This document shows, piece after piece, positions 9,396 to 19,685 of a stretch of DNA of 64,000 bases. The first letter of the stretch is position 1, and each line of letters begins with the position of its first letter. This stretch comes from Candidatus Tectimicrobiota bacterium (GTDB taxonomy: Bacteria; JACPUC01): positions 62,001-126,000 of the forward strand of contig JACPUC010000019.1 of assembly GCA_016192455.1 (NCBI GenBank), in the 5' to 3' direction. Below the pieces are notes generated by a model. The model was not told the origin of the DNA. It did not search any database and saw nothing but the letters and a program-made list of their open reading frames with translations. The position numbers were made by a program, and so were the translations under genes.

Positions 9396-10205
9396 GTGGA
9401 GAGCCTCTGGAACTTGCCATTCTTCCAAGACGCGTTGACCGCAGGGGTCCTGCTGGCGATCCCCTGTGCCATTCTCAGCGTCTACGTTGTGCTGAACCGG
9501 CTGGTGTTCCTCACCGCAACGCTCGGGCAGTGCGCGGTGGCCGGTTTTGGTTTGGGCTTCCTCATCGGCTGGCAGCCCTCGCTCGTCTCCCTGCTCCTCG
9601 TGCTTGCTGTCGTGCCTGCCTTCCTGCGCGGCGGCTCCGGCGGCACGGCGCCGATGGACAGCGTGCTGGGCATGCTCTTCGTCACGGCTTGGGCCAGCAG
9701 TATCCTGTTTATCGCCGGCAGCGCCGTCGGTCGCGAGGAAGTGGTGAATGCTATTGAAGGGAACGTGCTCACCATCTCCGCCGGGCAGCGCTGGCTTCTG
9801 GCGGCCCTGGCGGTGGGGGTGCTGCTGCTGCACCGCTTCGCCTCGCACGATTTCCTCTTCGTGGCGTTCGACCCGGAGATGGCGGCCAGCCTCGGCTACC
9901 ACGTCCTCCTCTGGCGCCTCTTCCTGTACGGCGCCCTGGGCATGAGCATCGGCATGACGACCAGAATCGGCAGCATCCAGCTTGTCTTTGCCCTACTGGT
10001 TTTCCCCGCCATGGTAGCGTTGCGCTTGAGCCACGACCTGCGGCGCATCTTCATGCTGGCGGTTGGCGCCGCGGTGGCAATGAGCCTCCTCGGTGTCGTG
10101 CTGTCGTTCACGCTCGACGTGCCCACAGCCTCCACGATCGTGGTCCTGCTTGGGCTCCTCTTTTGCGCCTCCTTGGTGGTTCGCCGCTGCCGAGCGCGGC
10201 TTTAG
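9396..10205 (+). CDS. Metal ABC transporter permease (ZnuB-like)
   Basis: Multiple TM segments, FDPEMAASLG loop; operon context. Confidence 0.85.
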   Translation: MESLWNLPFFQDALTAGVLLAIPCAILSVYVVLNRLVFLTATLGQCAVAGFGLGFLIGWQPSLVSLLLVLAVVPAFLRGGSGGTAPMDSVLGMLFVTAWASSILFIAGSAVGREEVVNAIEGNVLTISAGQRWLLAALAVGVLLLHRFASHDFLFVAFDPEMAASLGYHVLLWRLFLYGALGMSIGMTTRIGSIQLVFALLVFPAMVALRLSHDLRRIFMLAVGAAVAMSLLGVVLSFTLDVPTASTIVVLLGLLFCASLVVRRCRARL

Positions 10206-10413
10206 GCGCGCCGCACTCCGCGCCGCGCCATGCCGCGATGACACCCGCCGGCCCGCGCCGTCCCCAGCGGCTCGTCTCCGCCGCCTTGCCAAGCGAGGGC
10301 GAGGGCTTCATCATCGGCAGGCGGTCCCGCCGGCGCAGGGCCCACTCCCGTGCCGCACCGTGATGGCGCCAGGCCGCGCTGGCTACTCCTCCTGTTCCCC
10401 GTAGGATGGCACG

Positions 10414-11805
10414 ATGAAACGCGCTGGAACGCTTGCGGGAATCCTCCTGCCGCTGCTCCTCCTGGTGGCGCCGCTGCCGGAGTCCCTCAGCGCCTATCGG
10501 CTGCCCGGCGCGCTGGTCATCTTCACCATCCTCTTCTGGATGACGGAGGTGCTGCCGGCGGAGCTCACGAGCCTCATCTTCCTCCTCCTCCTGGCGATTC
10601 TGAAGGTTGCGCCGAACAGTGTGATTTTCAGCGGCTTTACGGCCGGCGCCTGGTGGCTCGTCTTCGCCGGCTTGACCCTCGGGGCGGCGGTGCAGAAGAG
10701 CGGGCTTGGTCGGCGCGTCGCCCTCCTGCTGCTGAGGGTGGCCGGCACCTCGTATGCCCAGGCACTCTTCGGGCTCATGCTCGCCGCCTTCCTCCTGGCG
10801 TTCCTCATCCCGTCGAGCTCCGCTCGAGCGGCCCTCATGGTCCCCCTGGCGATCGGGGTGGCCGAGGCCTTTCAGGTCGCCCCTCTTTCGGCGGCCGGGG
10901 CCGGGCTGGTGCTCGGCGTCACCGCCGCCTGCCACTTCCCCGCTTTCGGCATCCTCACCGCGACGGTCCCCAACCTCGTGCTCCTCGGCACGGCGGAGTC
11001 GCTCTACAACACCACCTTCCTCTACGGCACCTGGGCCTACCTCCTGATGCCAACCGTCGGCATTGCCAAGTTCTTCCTGACCTACCTCGTCGTGCTCCTG
11101 CTCTTCGGCCGCGGCGCGCCGCGCCGAGGAAGCTCTCCGCACCTGCAAAGGAGCGGCGCGTGGGAAGCTCCCGGCCCCCTCAGCGCCGAGGAAAAGCGGC
11201 TCATCATCATCCTGGGCCTGGCCCTGGCGGGGTGGAGCACGGACAGCCTGCACCAGATCAAGGCGAGCTGGATCGGCCTCGGCGCCGCGGCGCTCGCCCT
11301 CCTGCCGCGTTTGGGGACGCTCACCCCGCTGGATTTTCGCACCCGCATCAACTACAGCGCCCTCTTCTTCCTCGCCGGCATCCTCGGGCTGGGAAGCACG
11401 CTGCACGCCACCGGCGCCGGCAAGGTGCTCGGCACGTACCTGTTCACCTACGTGCCGCTGGCCTCGATGTCCGAATCCGCGCGCGTCGCCGTGGTGGCGC
11501 TCTTCTCAGCTCTGCTCGGCCTCTTCACTACGGTGCCGGCGCTGCCCGCGGTGCTCACGCCGATCCTGGGCAGCCTGGCGCAGCAACAGCAGCTTGACCT
11601 TTCGCGGCTCCTCGTGATGCAAGTCCTCGGCTTCAGCGTTGGGTTCTTCGTCTACCAGATGCCGCCGTTCGTCCTGGCGCAGGGATTCGGCTACTTCAGC
11701 GCCCGCCAGGGGACGCGCTTCCTGTTGCTGCTGACGGCCCTCTCCTTCCTCATCATCGTGCCTCTCAGCATTGCCTACTGGCGGCTCATCGGCTACCTGT
11801 CATAA
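10414..11805 (+). CDS. SLC13/DASS family anion transporter
   Basis: Very hydrophobic; SGLGRRVAL, IPSSSARA, ILTATVPN motifs; ends YWRLIG. Confidence 0.85.
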   Translation: MKRAGTLAGILLPLLLLVAPLPESLSAYRLPGALVIFTILFWMTEVLPAELTSLIFLLLLAILKVAPNSVIFSGFTAGAWWLVFAGLTLGAAVQKSGLGRRVALLLLRVAGTSYAQALFGLMLAAFLLAFLIPSSSARAALMVPLAIGVAEAFQVAPLSAAGAGLVLGVTAACHFPAFGILTATVPNLVLLGTAESLYNTTFLYGTWAYLLMPTVGIAKFFLTYLVVLLLFGRGAPRRGSSPHLQRSGAWEAPGPLSAEEKRLIIILGLALAGWSTDSLHQIKASWIGLGAAALALLPRLGTLTPLDFRTRINYSALFFLAGILGLGSTLHATGAGKVLGTYLFTYVPLASMSESARVAVVALFSALLGLFTTVPALPAVLTPILGSLAQQQQLDLSRLLVMQVLGFSVGFFVYQMPPFVLAQGFGYFSARQGTRFLLLLTALSFLIIVPLSIAYWRLIGYLS

Positions 11806-12061
11806 CGGGCCGACCGGCCGCGGACCCCACTACCCACGGCCGCAAGGGCTAAAAACGGCAAGGCGGCGGGAGCCCGGCTGCCGCGCGCCGCCAAGCGTCA
11901 TGACACCAACGCAGGCAGGGTCGCTCCTCCCGCTTGGACGGGAAGGCCGGCCCCTTCCGCCGGGCCGCTACTTGCAGCGGCCCGTGGGGGCATCCTGGCC
12001 AGGAGACCTGCGACACGGCCTTGATTTTTTCAGCCGCGGGCGGTATCAAGAATGGTTGCAA

Positions 12062-12135
<74 letters not shown>

Positions 12136-12258
12136 AGTTTTACCTCTCCCCCTGGCGCCGCGTTTCCTGGTTTCTCCACAACGCCTTCATCATGCCATGT
12201 AGGGGGGAAGTCTTTATGGGCGACCCTTGCTCCGCCACAGCCCCACTCCCCGCGACCT

Positions 12259-12286
12259 GTAGGGGCGGTTCGCGAACCGCCCCTAC
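12259..12286. repeat. GTAG-type REP palindrome
   Basis: Perfect 28-bp palindrome GTAGGGGCGGTTCGCGAACCGCCCCTAC; near-identical copies at 3811 and 36752. Confidence 0.85.
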
Positions 12287-12902
12287 GATGAGGGGTGCGC
12301 AAGGGGGCGCGGCTGCCGCGCAAATCTCTGCGATCTCATGTGAGCAACAGCACAACTAGGAGCGACGCTCCTGCCGCGCTTGCCAGAATGCATAGAGCAA
12401 GCCGGTGACGCCCGTCCCCAGGGTTACCGAAATGACCAGCGAGAGGGATTCCATGCGGGTTCTTCCTTTGCCGCAGCTCACGGTACGTCTCCGTTGAGCC
12501 TGCCGTTTCTCTCTCCGGCGTCCTTCCATCGGCAATTGGTCGGGAGGGATGAACTGGGAACCTCGTTTACTCAGTGATCTGAACTTCCTGCTCGTCCCTT
12601 ACCCCAAACGACGTGCACGCCAAGGTTATTCTTGCAAGGTGCCGGCGCACTCCTCTTTCCTCCCCGCTACGGCTGCTCCTGGCGGCCGTGTGCGCGCCCC
12701 TGCGTTCCTTCAGGATCGGCGCCCTGCTCGCCTTGATTTTCGTCTGCCCCGTAGGCTATCTCTACGAACGAGCGGTGTTGCTCATCGCCGCTGGAGTCGG
12801 CACGCCGCCTCCGCCCGATGTCAGCCAGGCCGAGGAGGGTGCGCCCGGGAACGCAGTGATCGCACCCGGGCTGCTCCAAAGGCCGAGGCGTTGGAACAGC
12901 GG

Positions 12903-13928
12903 ATGGCCAATCCACCCGGAACCCTGAACCAGCTCGTCGACCTGTTGCGGCAGTACCGGCTCAGCGCCGTCGCCATGGCGGCGTGCGAGCTGGACCTCTT
13001 CAGCGCCCTGGAGGACCCGGAGCAGAGCATCGAGGGTCTCGCTGCCCGCTGCGGCGCCTCAGCCCTGGGCATGGAGCTGCTCTTGAACGCCTGCGCCGCC
13101 CTCGGCCTGGTTCACTGCGGGGCGCGCGAGGGAGGGCGGCGCTACAGCAACAGCGCCCTCGCCCAGGTCTACCTCGTGCGCAGTTCCCCTCGCTTTATCG
13201 GCAGCGCGGCGATGCGGCAATACCACGTGCTCTACCAGACGTGGGGACGCCTTGCCGAGGCGCTGCGCACGCAGCGCCCCGTTCAACCCTACGGCAGGGA
13301 GGGCCTCGCCTCGATGTCGGACGAGGAGGTCCGCGCGTACGTGCTGGGCCTCTACGAACGCGGGCGCGACGGCGCGCGCGCCTTCGCGCGCCGCCTGGAC
13401 CTCTGCGATCGCCGGCATCTCCTCGATGTTGGGGCAGGGGCCGGCACCTACTCCTTCGAGCTGCTCGAGCGCTCTCCGCACCTGCACGCCACGCTCTTCG
13501 AGCTACCGCGCGTCTTGCGGTTCACCCGGGAGCTCCTCGGCGGCGTCTCCATCGCGCCACGTGTTCGGCTGCGAGAAGGCGACTACCATGAGGACGACTT
13601 GGGGAGCGGCTACGATTGCGCGCTCCTCTCCAATATCCTGCAAACCGAGTCGGAGACCTCGTGTCAAGCCTTGCTACGGAAAGTATTCGCGTCGCTGGAG
13701 CCGGGCGGCCTCCTGATCGTGAATGGGATCATGCACGACGCGACGTCGCCCGCGGAGCTGGAGCAAGCACTCTTCTCCCTCTCCATGCTCCTCTACTTCC
13801 CTGAAGGGCGCGCCCACGCCGCGGACACCGTCACCACCTGGCTGACGGAAGTCGGGTTCACCTCCATCACCACCTCGCCCCCGGAGCCGCCGGCCATCCA
13901 CACCCTGATCGCGGCCCGCAAGCCGTAG
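12903..13928 (+). CDS. SAM-dependent O-methyltransferase (dimerisation + Methyltransf_2 domains)
   Basis: AACELDLFSAL dimerisation helix, LLDVGAGAG SAM motif, GDY, LLSNIL, LEPGG; start set at ATG 12903. Confidence 0.88.
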   Translation: MANPPGTLNQLVDLLRQYRLSAVAMAACELDLFSALEDPEQSIEGLAARCGASALGMELLLNACAALGLVHCGAREGGRRYSNSALAQVYLVRSSPRFIGSAAMRQYHVLYQTWGRLAEALRTQRPVQPYGREGLASMSDEEVRAYVLGLYERGRDGARAFARRLDLCDRRHLLDVGAGAGTYSFELLERSPHLHATLFELPRVLRFTRELLGGVSIAPRVRLREGDYHEDDLGSGYDCALLSNILQTESETSCQALLRKVFASLEPGGLLIVNGIMHDATSPAELEQALFSLSMLLYFPEGRAHAADTVTTWLTEVGFTSITTSPPEPPAIHTLIAARKP

Positions 13929-14211
13929 GCGCCCTGGCCGTCGCCCCTGCCCGTAGCCGCGGAGGCGCTGCGCCAGCCGCAGGAGCCGCCGCGCCCCGGC
14001 GAGCGCGGCATGCCGCTCCGCGGCGGAAGGGCGGGCGAGGAGCAGCGGCTGGCAAAGCCGCCCTTCAGCTTGGCATCCCGGCGCGCGCTGAGAGGGCCGG
14101 CGCACATCAGCCCCTTTCCACTCCCCTTGCCCATGCCCGGACGAGGAGAAGCGGCATGCCGACCGAGACCCCCAGGGGAGGCGCTCGGGCCACCTAGCGA
14201 AAGGCGAAGCG

Positions 14212-15771
14212 ATGCACGACCTGCGCTCGTTCCTTGATGAGCTGGCGCGACAGGACGACCTCCTGCGTCTCACCCAGGAGATCAATCTCAACTATGCCGC
14301 CGCGGTCTTCTCCGCCACCTCGAAGGCGGTCCTCTTCGAGCATCCAGCAGGCTATGACGCCGCCTTGGCGGGGAGCGTCTGCGCGACGCGGTCAAAGATC
14401 GGCTTGGCCTTGAATGTTCCCGAGCGGGAGCTTCTGCCGACGCTCCGCCAGCGTCTCGAAACCTTGCCCGAGCCGGTGCTGCTGCGGGACGGCCCGGTGA
14501 AGGCGCAACGCTACGTGGGCGCCGAGGTGGACCTCACGGCGCTCCCTATCCACCTGCAGCACGAGAAGGACGGCGGTCCCTACATCAGCGCCTCGATGGA
14601 TATCACGAAGAATGAGGCGGGCGGCCACAATCTCGGGCTGCGGCGTCTCATGGTCGTTGACGAGCGGCATACCACCATCGACCTGCGCGCCCCCTCCGAT
14701 CTGCGCAACGCCTATCGCCGGGCGCTCGCCCGGGGCGAGACGCTGGACATCGCCTTCGCCATCGGCATGCACCCCGCCTACTCCCTCGCCTGCCTCCTGA
14801 AGACGCCGGCGCGCGACGCCTATCGCCTGCTCGCCGGCCTCAGCCCGGACCGCCTCGAGCTGGTCCCCTGCGATACGGTCGATCTGCTGGTGCCGGCACA
14901 GGCGGAGTACGTGCTGGAGGGCACCCTGTCGCCGGCTGGCTACACCGAGGTCGAGGGACCCTTCGGGGAGTTCCTCGGCAGTTACGGGCGCGCGGGGCTC
15001 AACCCGCTCGTGGAGATCAAGGCCATCACGCACCGCGAGCAACCGATCTTCCAGACTATGACCATCAGCGGCCGCAACCTGGCAACAACGGAAACCGGCC
15101 AGCTCGGCTCGCTGCGCTCCGAGCACCTGCTCTGGGAGATTTTGCAGCGGGCCATCGACCAGCCGGTGAACGTCTATTGCCCCCCCTCCACCTCCAGCCT
15201 CGGCGCCGTCGCCGCCATCAAGCCAACGAACAGCGGCGACGGCAAGAACGCCCTGCTGGCGCTGCTGGCGACGAACGTCAAGTTCGCCGTGGTCGTCGAT
15301 GACGACGTGGACATCTTCAACCCCGCCGAGGTGCACTGGGCGATTACCACGCGCTCGCAGCCCGATCGCGACCTCATCGTCGTGCAGGATGGACGGTCGA
15401 TCCCGCTCGATCCCTCCCTCCCAGCCGCGCAGCCTCCCTTCTTCACGGCCAAGCTCGGCATTGACGCCACGAAGTCCGCGTCGCTGCCGCCGGCGCGCTT
15501 TGAAACCCCCGAGCCGCCCTTCCACGAGCTGCTGCGGGAAGGTCTCGAGGTATTCCTCGCCGCGGCCGGCCGCGAGGAGCCGGAGCGCATCGCACCGGAG
15601 ACGCTGCGGGCCGAGATGCTGCGCCTCCTTGACGCCGGCCCCTGCACCTACTTCGACCTCCTGAAGCCGTTCGCGCGGGTGCCCCACCAGCAGCTTCTGC
15701 GGACCGTCGCCGACCTGACCTCCGGGGGACGCCTGAAGCGCACGGCGGATGGGAGGCTGAGCCGCCGCTAG
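14212..15771 (+). CDS. UbiD-family (prFMN-dependent) decarboxylase with C-terminal extension
   Basis: DLRSFL N-terminus, DGGPYI, EGPFGEF, VVVDDDVDIFN, LDPS, KLGIDAT. Confidence 0.92.
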   Translation: MHDLRSFLDELARQDDLLRLTQEINLNYAAAVFSATSKAVLFEHPAGYDAALAGSVCATRSKIGLALNVPERELLPTLRQRLETLPEPVLLRDGPVKAQRYVGAEVDLTALPIHLQHEKDGGPYISASMDITKNEAGGHNLGLRRLMVVDERHTTIDLRAPSDLRNAYRRALARGETLDIAFAIGMHPAYSLACLLKTPARDAYRLLAGLSPDRLELVPCDTVDLLVPAQAEYVLEGTLSPAGYTEVEGPFGEFLGSYGRAGLNPLVEIKAITHREQPIFQTMTISGRNLATTETGQLGSLRSEHLLWEILQRAIDQPVNVYCPPSTSSLGAVAAIKPTNSGDGKNALLALLATNVKFAVVVDDDVDIFNPAEVHWAITTRSQPDRDLIVVQDGRSIPLDPSLPAAQPPFFTAKLGIDATKSASLPPARFETPEPPFHELLREGLEVFLAAAGREEPERIAPETLRAEMLRLLDAGPCTYFDLLKPFARVPHQQLLRTVADLTSGGRLKRTADGRLSRR

Positions 15772-16422
15772 GGAGTTGGCGCTCGGCGCTGCCATGCGGC
15801 GCGGGTGACCCGATGCCCCAGGCCGCTGGCATCGCAGGGGCGGCGCCGGCTCAGCACCGACGCCGATTGGGCAGCACCCCTCAGCGCCTTGTGAAGGCGC
15901 GCCACGCTGCTCGCGCTGCCCCCCCCCAGCCCCATCCCCCTAAGGCCGCGCAGATCGACAGTTGCCAGAAGCCTTGCAAGAGGGTAGCATGTTGTATCCC
16001 AGGCTCTGATGGTACCGACCTTTCCGCGGGCCGGCGGCGTTGCCTGGAAATTGCTTCGCGTCGGGCTCTTCTCGGAGGGCATGCCAACACCCTGGCGAGC
16101 CAGCGGCGGGCGGCTGCCCTGCCGCACGTGGCGAGAAAGCTCGCTACCTCGCTGCGGCCAACGTTCCGCCAAGGGTGACATTCGCGACGCGAGTGGGGAC
16201 ATCCCCCCCGCTTCCTTGGCTTCACTCCGGCTTCGCCCCGCCTGGAGTCCGCGGGAGCACGCGTGCCTCCCTGCGCTTCGTCTTCGCCAGCCCTGGGGCG
16301 CCGATGCCACCAGGCCGCCGCGGTAGCCCAAGAAGGGTGCGACCCGGTATGAGCGCTCGCGGTCGCTCCACCTCCGCCCTCGACTTCGCAGCGCTCTTGG
16401 AGCAGCGTCGAAGGTTTTGAAT

Positions 16423-17205
16423 ATGCTCACGGTCCAACAGTTGCGGAAAGAGTACGCGAGCAAAGGCGGGGTGCCCACCCTGGCCATCGAGGAGGTCAGC
16501 TTCCACGTCAAGGAGGGTGAGTTCGTCTCCATCGTCGGCCCTTCCGGCTGCGGCAAGACCACCCTGCTGATGAACCTCGCCGGCCTGATTACGCCCACGA
16601 GTGGCGAGATCGTCGTCAACGACCGCCAGGTGGTGGAGCCGCCCGAAGGCGTCTTCCTGCTGTTCCAGGAGTACAATCGTTCCTTGCTGCCCTGGCGGTC
16701 GGTGCTCGCCAACGTCATGTACGGACTGGAGCTGCGGCGCCAGCGTTCGAAGGCGCGCCATCCCGAGGAGCAAGCGCGCCGGTACCTCGAGGTGGTGGGG
16801 CTGCAAGGGTTCGACCGACATTACCCCTGGCAGCTTTCGGGCGGCATGCAGCAGCGCGTCGCCATCGCCCGCGCCCTCACCTGCGAACCCGAGATCCTCC
16901 TCATGGACGAACCGTTCGGCTCGCTCGACGCGCAAACCCGCTCCGATCTGGAAGATGTGCTCCTGAAGCTCTGGGACGAGTTCCGGCAGACCATCCTCTT
17001 CGTGACGCACGACATCGACGAGGCGATCTACCTCTCCGATCGCGTCCTCGTGCTCAGCACCCGTCCCTCGCGCATCCTCCACGAGCTCACCATCGACTTG
17101 CATCGCCCAAGAAGCCAGCTCGGCACGAAAGCCGATCGGCGCTTCATCGAGTACCGGGCGCAAATCTACGAGATGATCACCACCAACGCGTCGTGCCGCT
17201 CGTAA
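16423..17205 (+). CDS. NitT/TauT family ABC transporter ATP-binding protein
   Basis: GPSGCGKTT, LLPWRSV, YPWQLSGGMQQR, LMDEPFGSLD. Confidence 0.92.
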   Translation: MLTVQQLRKEYASKGGVPTLAIEEVSFHVKEGEFVSIVGPSGCGKTTLLMNLAGLITPTSGEIVVNDRQVVEPPEGVFLLFQEYNRSLLPWRSVLANVMYGLELRRQRSKARHPEEQARRYLEVVGLQGFDRHYPWQLSGGMQQRVAIARALTCEPEILLMDEPFGSLDAQTRSDLEDVLLKLWDEFRQTILFVTHDIDEAIYLSDRVLVLSTRPSRILHELTIDLHRPRSQLGTKADRRFIEYRAQIYEMITTNASCRS

Positions 17206-17245
17206 CCTTGGCAAGCACCCGCAAGCTGGAGGGACGTCGTTTCCC

Positions 17246-18031
17246 ATGGTGCTGAAGATCCTGCGAGAAACCCGGCTTGGAGGAGCCACGATCGTCATCC
17301 TGCTGCTGCTGACGTGGGAGGTCTTCTCGCGCCTCTCCCTCGTTGATCCGCTTTACGTGCCGACGGTCACCAGCATCCTCGAGGCGCTCTGGAGCGTGCT
17401 GCGCTCGGGAGAGCTGCCGGGCCACTACGCCGCAAGCCTGGTGCGCGCCGGCATGGGCTATGGACTGGCAACGCTCTGTGGGATCGTGTTCGGCACCGTG
17501 ATCGGTTACGCTCTGATCGCCTACAACCTCACCGAGCCCCTGGTGGAGCTTCTCCGTCCCGTCCCTTCAACCGCCCTCATCCCGCTCGCCATCCTCTTCC
17601 TCGGCATCGGTGATGAGATGAAGGTCTTCATTGTCGCCTGGGCCTCTTTCTGGCCGATCCTCCTCAATACCATTGACGGCGTGCGCAGCGTCGACCGCCT
17701 GCTCGTGGATACCGCCCTCACCTTCGGTTCGGAGCGCCGGGAGATCGTTCGCAAGATCATCCTGCCGGCGGCGGCGCCCCAGATTGCCACCGGCATGCGC
17801 GTCAGCCTGGCGCTGGCGCTGATCCTCACCGTGGTGGTCGAGATGATCTCCGGCAACAACGGCATCGGCTTCTTCATCCTCGACTCGGAGCGCGCCTTTC
17901 GGATCAAGGAGATGTTCGCCGGAACCTTCTCCCTGGCCGTTGTGGGCTACCTGCTGAACCGCCTGTTCATCACGGCGGACTCCTATCTCCTCGGCTGGCA
18001 CCGCGGCCTCACCTCGAAGGAGCAGCGCTGA
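17246..18031 (+). CDS. NitT/TauT family ABC transporter permease
   Basis: LLRPVPSTALIPL, ILPAAAPQIATGMR, VVVEMI motifs. Confidence 0.92.
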   Translation: MVLKILRETRLGGATIVILLLLTWEVFSRLSLVDPLYVPTVTSILEALWSVLRSGELPGHYAASLVRAGMGYGLATLCGIVFGTVIGYALIAYNLTEPLVELLRPVPSTALIPLAILFLGIGDEMKVFIVAWASFWPILLNTIDGVRSVDRLLVDTALTFGSERREIVRKIILPAAAPQIATGMRVSLALALILTVVVEMISGNNGIGFFILDSERAFRIKEMFAGTFSLAVVGYLLNRLFITADSYLLGWHRGLTSKEQR

Positions 18032-18438
18032 GCAAGGTGCCAGGCGCGGCGCCCCACCTGCCTGCCCGTCCGCCTTTCGCCGCGCAACCTCGCGGGGCGA
18101 GGGCGAGCGCGCCGCCGGGTGCCGGGCGGAGGCTGCCCCCGCCGCCGGAACCCGCGCGCAGCAGCGGCGCAGCCTGCTTCAGTCGCGGCCTCCCTCCCAT
18201 CCAGGGGCGGACGCGGAGAAGCGGGAATGGTTGCGGATGAGGCCCGACGGTGGGGAGAAGACCCGGTATCGACACGTCGCCCAGGAACGCGGCAGGCGAT
18301 GCCGGAACGCGGCAGGCGATGCGGGGAGGCGGCCGGCAGAGGGGCGCGGCTTGCGTCGCAGGCGCGCCGTGGGATGCGGGTTGACCAGGGCTGGCGCGGC
18401 TGGATCAACCCGCCACGTTCGTCAGAGGAGGGGGAACC

Positions 18439-19434
18439 ATGATGCAACAGCGTAGGGGGCTTTTCCGCTGGAGCATGGCGGCGTGCCTGGGTGGTCTCAT
18501 CCTGGTCGGCATGCTGGCCGGCCCGGCCGTGGCGCAGCAGACCCTGCCGCTGAAGGTCGGCCTCATGCGCATCGTCGGCGTGATCCCGACCTACGCGGCG
18601 ATCGATCGGGGGTTCTTCAAGGAGGCGGGCGTTGATTTCCAACCCACGGACATGGCGGGCGGCGCCGTTATTTTGCCGGCGATTTCCGGCGGCTCGCTCG
18701 ACGTGGGCTTCACGAACGTCGTGTCGCTCTTCATGGCGCGCGATCAGGGGTTCGACTACACCATCGTCGCCGGCAACACGTACGAAAACAAGATCCTGAA
18801 GCCCGACTCGCCCCTCGGCTATATCGGCACCAGCGCGCTCATGGTGCTGCCGGATTCCCCCATCAAGACGGTGAAGGACCTCGAAGGGAAAACCATCGCG
18901 ATAAACACCCGCCGCACTATCCTGACCATGGCGGTGGAGGAGCTGATGTCGCAGAAAGGCGCCGATCCCAGCACCGTGAAGTGGATCGAGGTGCCGTTCC
19001 CGCGCATGGCGGCTCCCCTGAAGATGAAGCAGGTTGACGCCATCATGGACGTGCAGCCCTTCGTAACGATCTTTGAAGCGAAAGAGGGTCTGCGCGTCCT
19101 CGACTACCCGCTCGCCGGCATCCGCAAGGAGACCATTCCGGTGGCCCTGTGGGCGGCGCGCGAGGCCTGGATGCGCGACAACCGCGAGGTCCTCAACCGC
19201 TTCATCAAGGCGAACAATAAGGGTATCGAGTACGTCAACCAGTATCCCGAGGAGCGCAAGCGGCTCGCCGCCGCCAACCTGAAGATGGACCCAAAGGTCG
19301 CCGAGCGCGTGGTCTGGCAGTTGTGGAAAACGAAGGTCGACATTGACGACTTGCAGTGGGTCTCCGACCTGGCGCTGAAGTGGAAGCTCATCCAGAAGAA
19401 GCAGAACGTGCGGAGCTTCGTCTATCAGCCGTAA
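18439..19434 (+). CDS. NitT/TauT (SsuA/THI5-like) substrate-binding protein
   Basis: Signal peptide, GFFKEAGV, DSPIKTVKDLEGKTIA, EVPFPRM. Confidence 0.9.
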   Translation: MMQQRRGLFRWSMAACLGGLILVGMLAGPAVAQQTLPLKVGLMRIVGVIPTYAAIDRGFFKEAGVDFQPTDMAGGAVILPAISGGSLDVGFTNVVSLFMARDQGFDYTIVAGNTYENKILKPDSPLGYIGTSALMVLPDSPIKTVKDLEGKTIAINTRRTILTMAVEELMSQKGADPSTVKWIEVPFPRMAAPLKMKQVDAIMDVQPFVTIFEAKEGLRVLDYPLAGIRKETIPVALWAAREAWMRDNREVLNRFIKANNKGIEYVNQYPEERKRLAAANLKMDPKVAERVVWQLWKTKVDIDDLQWVSDLALKWKLIQKKQNVRSFVYQP

Positions 19435-19685
19435 CCATGCCGGGCAAGGGCGGCGCTCCGGGAGCGAAGGCTGTCGCGGCCTGGCGGCGGGGTGAAGCGA
19501 GGCCGCGCTGGGCGGGCCGGAGGGCCGCCGTGCGAAATGGAAGCGACGACGACGGCGCTCTCGCTGAGCGCCGCGAAGACTCGGGGGGCGTCATGAGCTG
19601 GGATGCCGGAAGCAGCGCCGTGAGCTCCAGCACGCGGGTGCGGCCCGCGGCAGCCCAAGCAGAACCGAAGAAAGGATGCAGCACG

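Noticed and set aside
12613-12927. 104-aa ORF with a hydrophobic stretch upstream of the methyltransferase
   Set aside because: No RBS or family motif, and it overlaps the methyltransferase start; insufficient support.
18284-18322. Tandem duplication GGAACGCGGCAGGCGATGC x2 (also a 10-mer x2 near 61070)
   Set aside because: Two adjacent copies with no spacers: slippage-type repeats, not CRISPR. No CRISPR array or cas gene was seen in the window.
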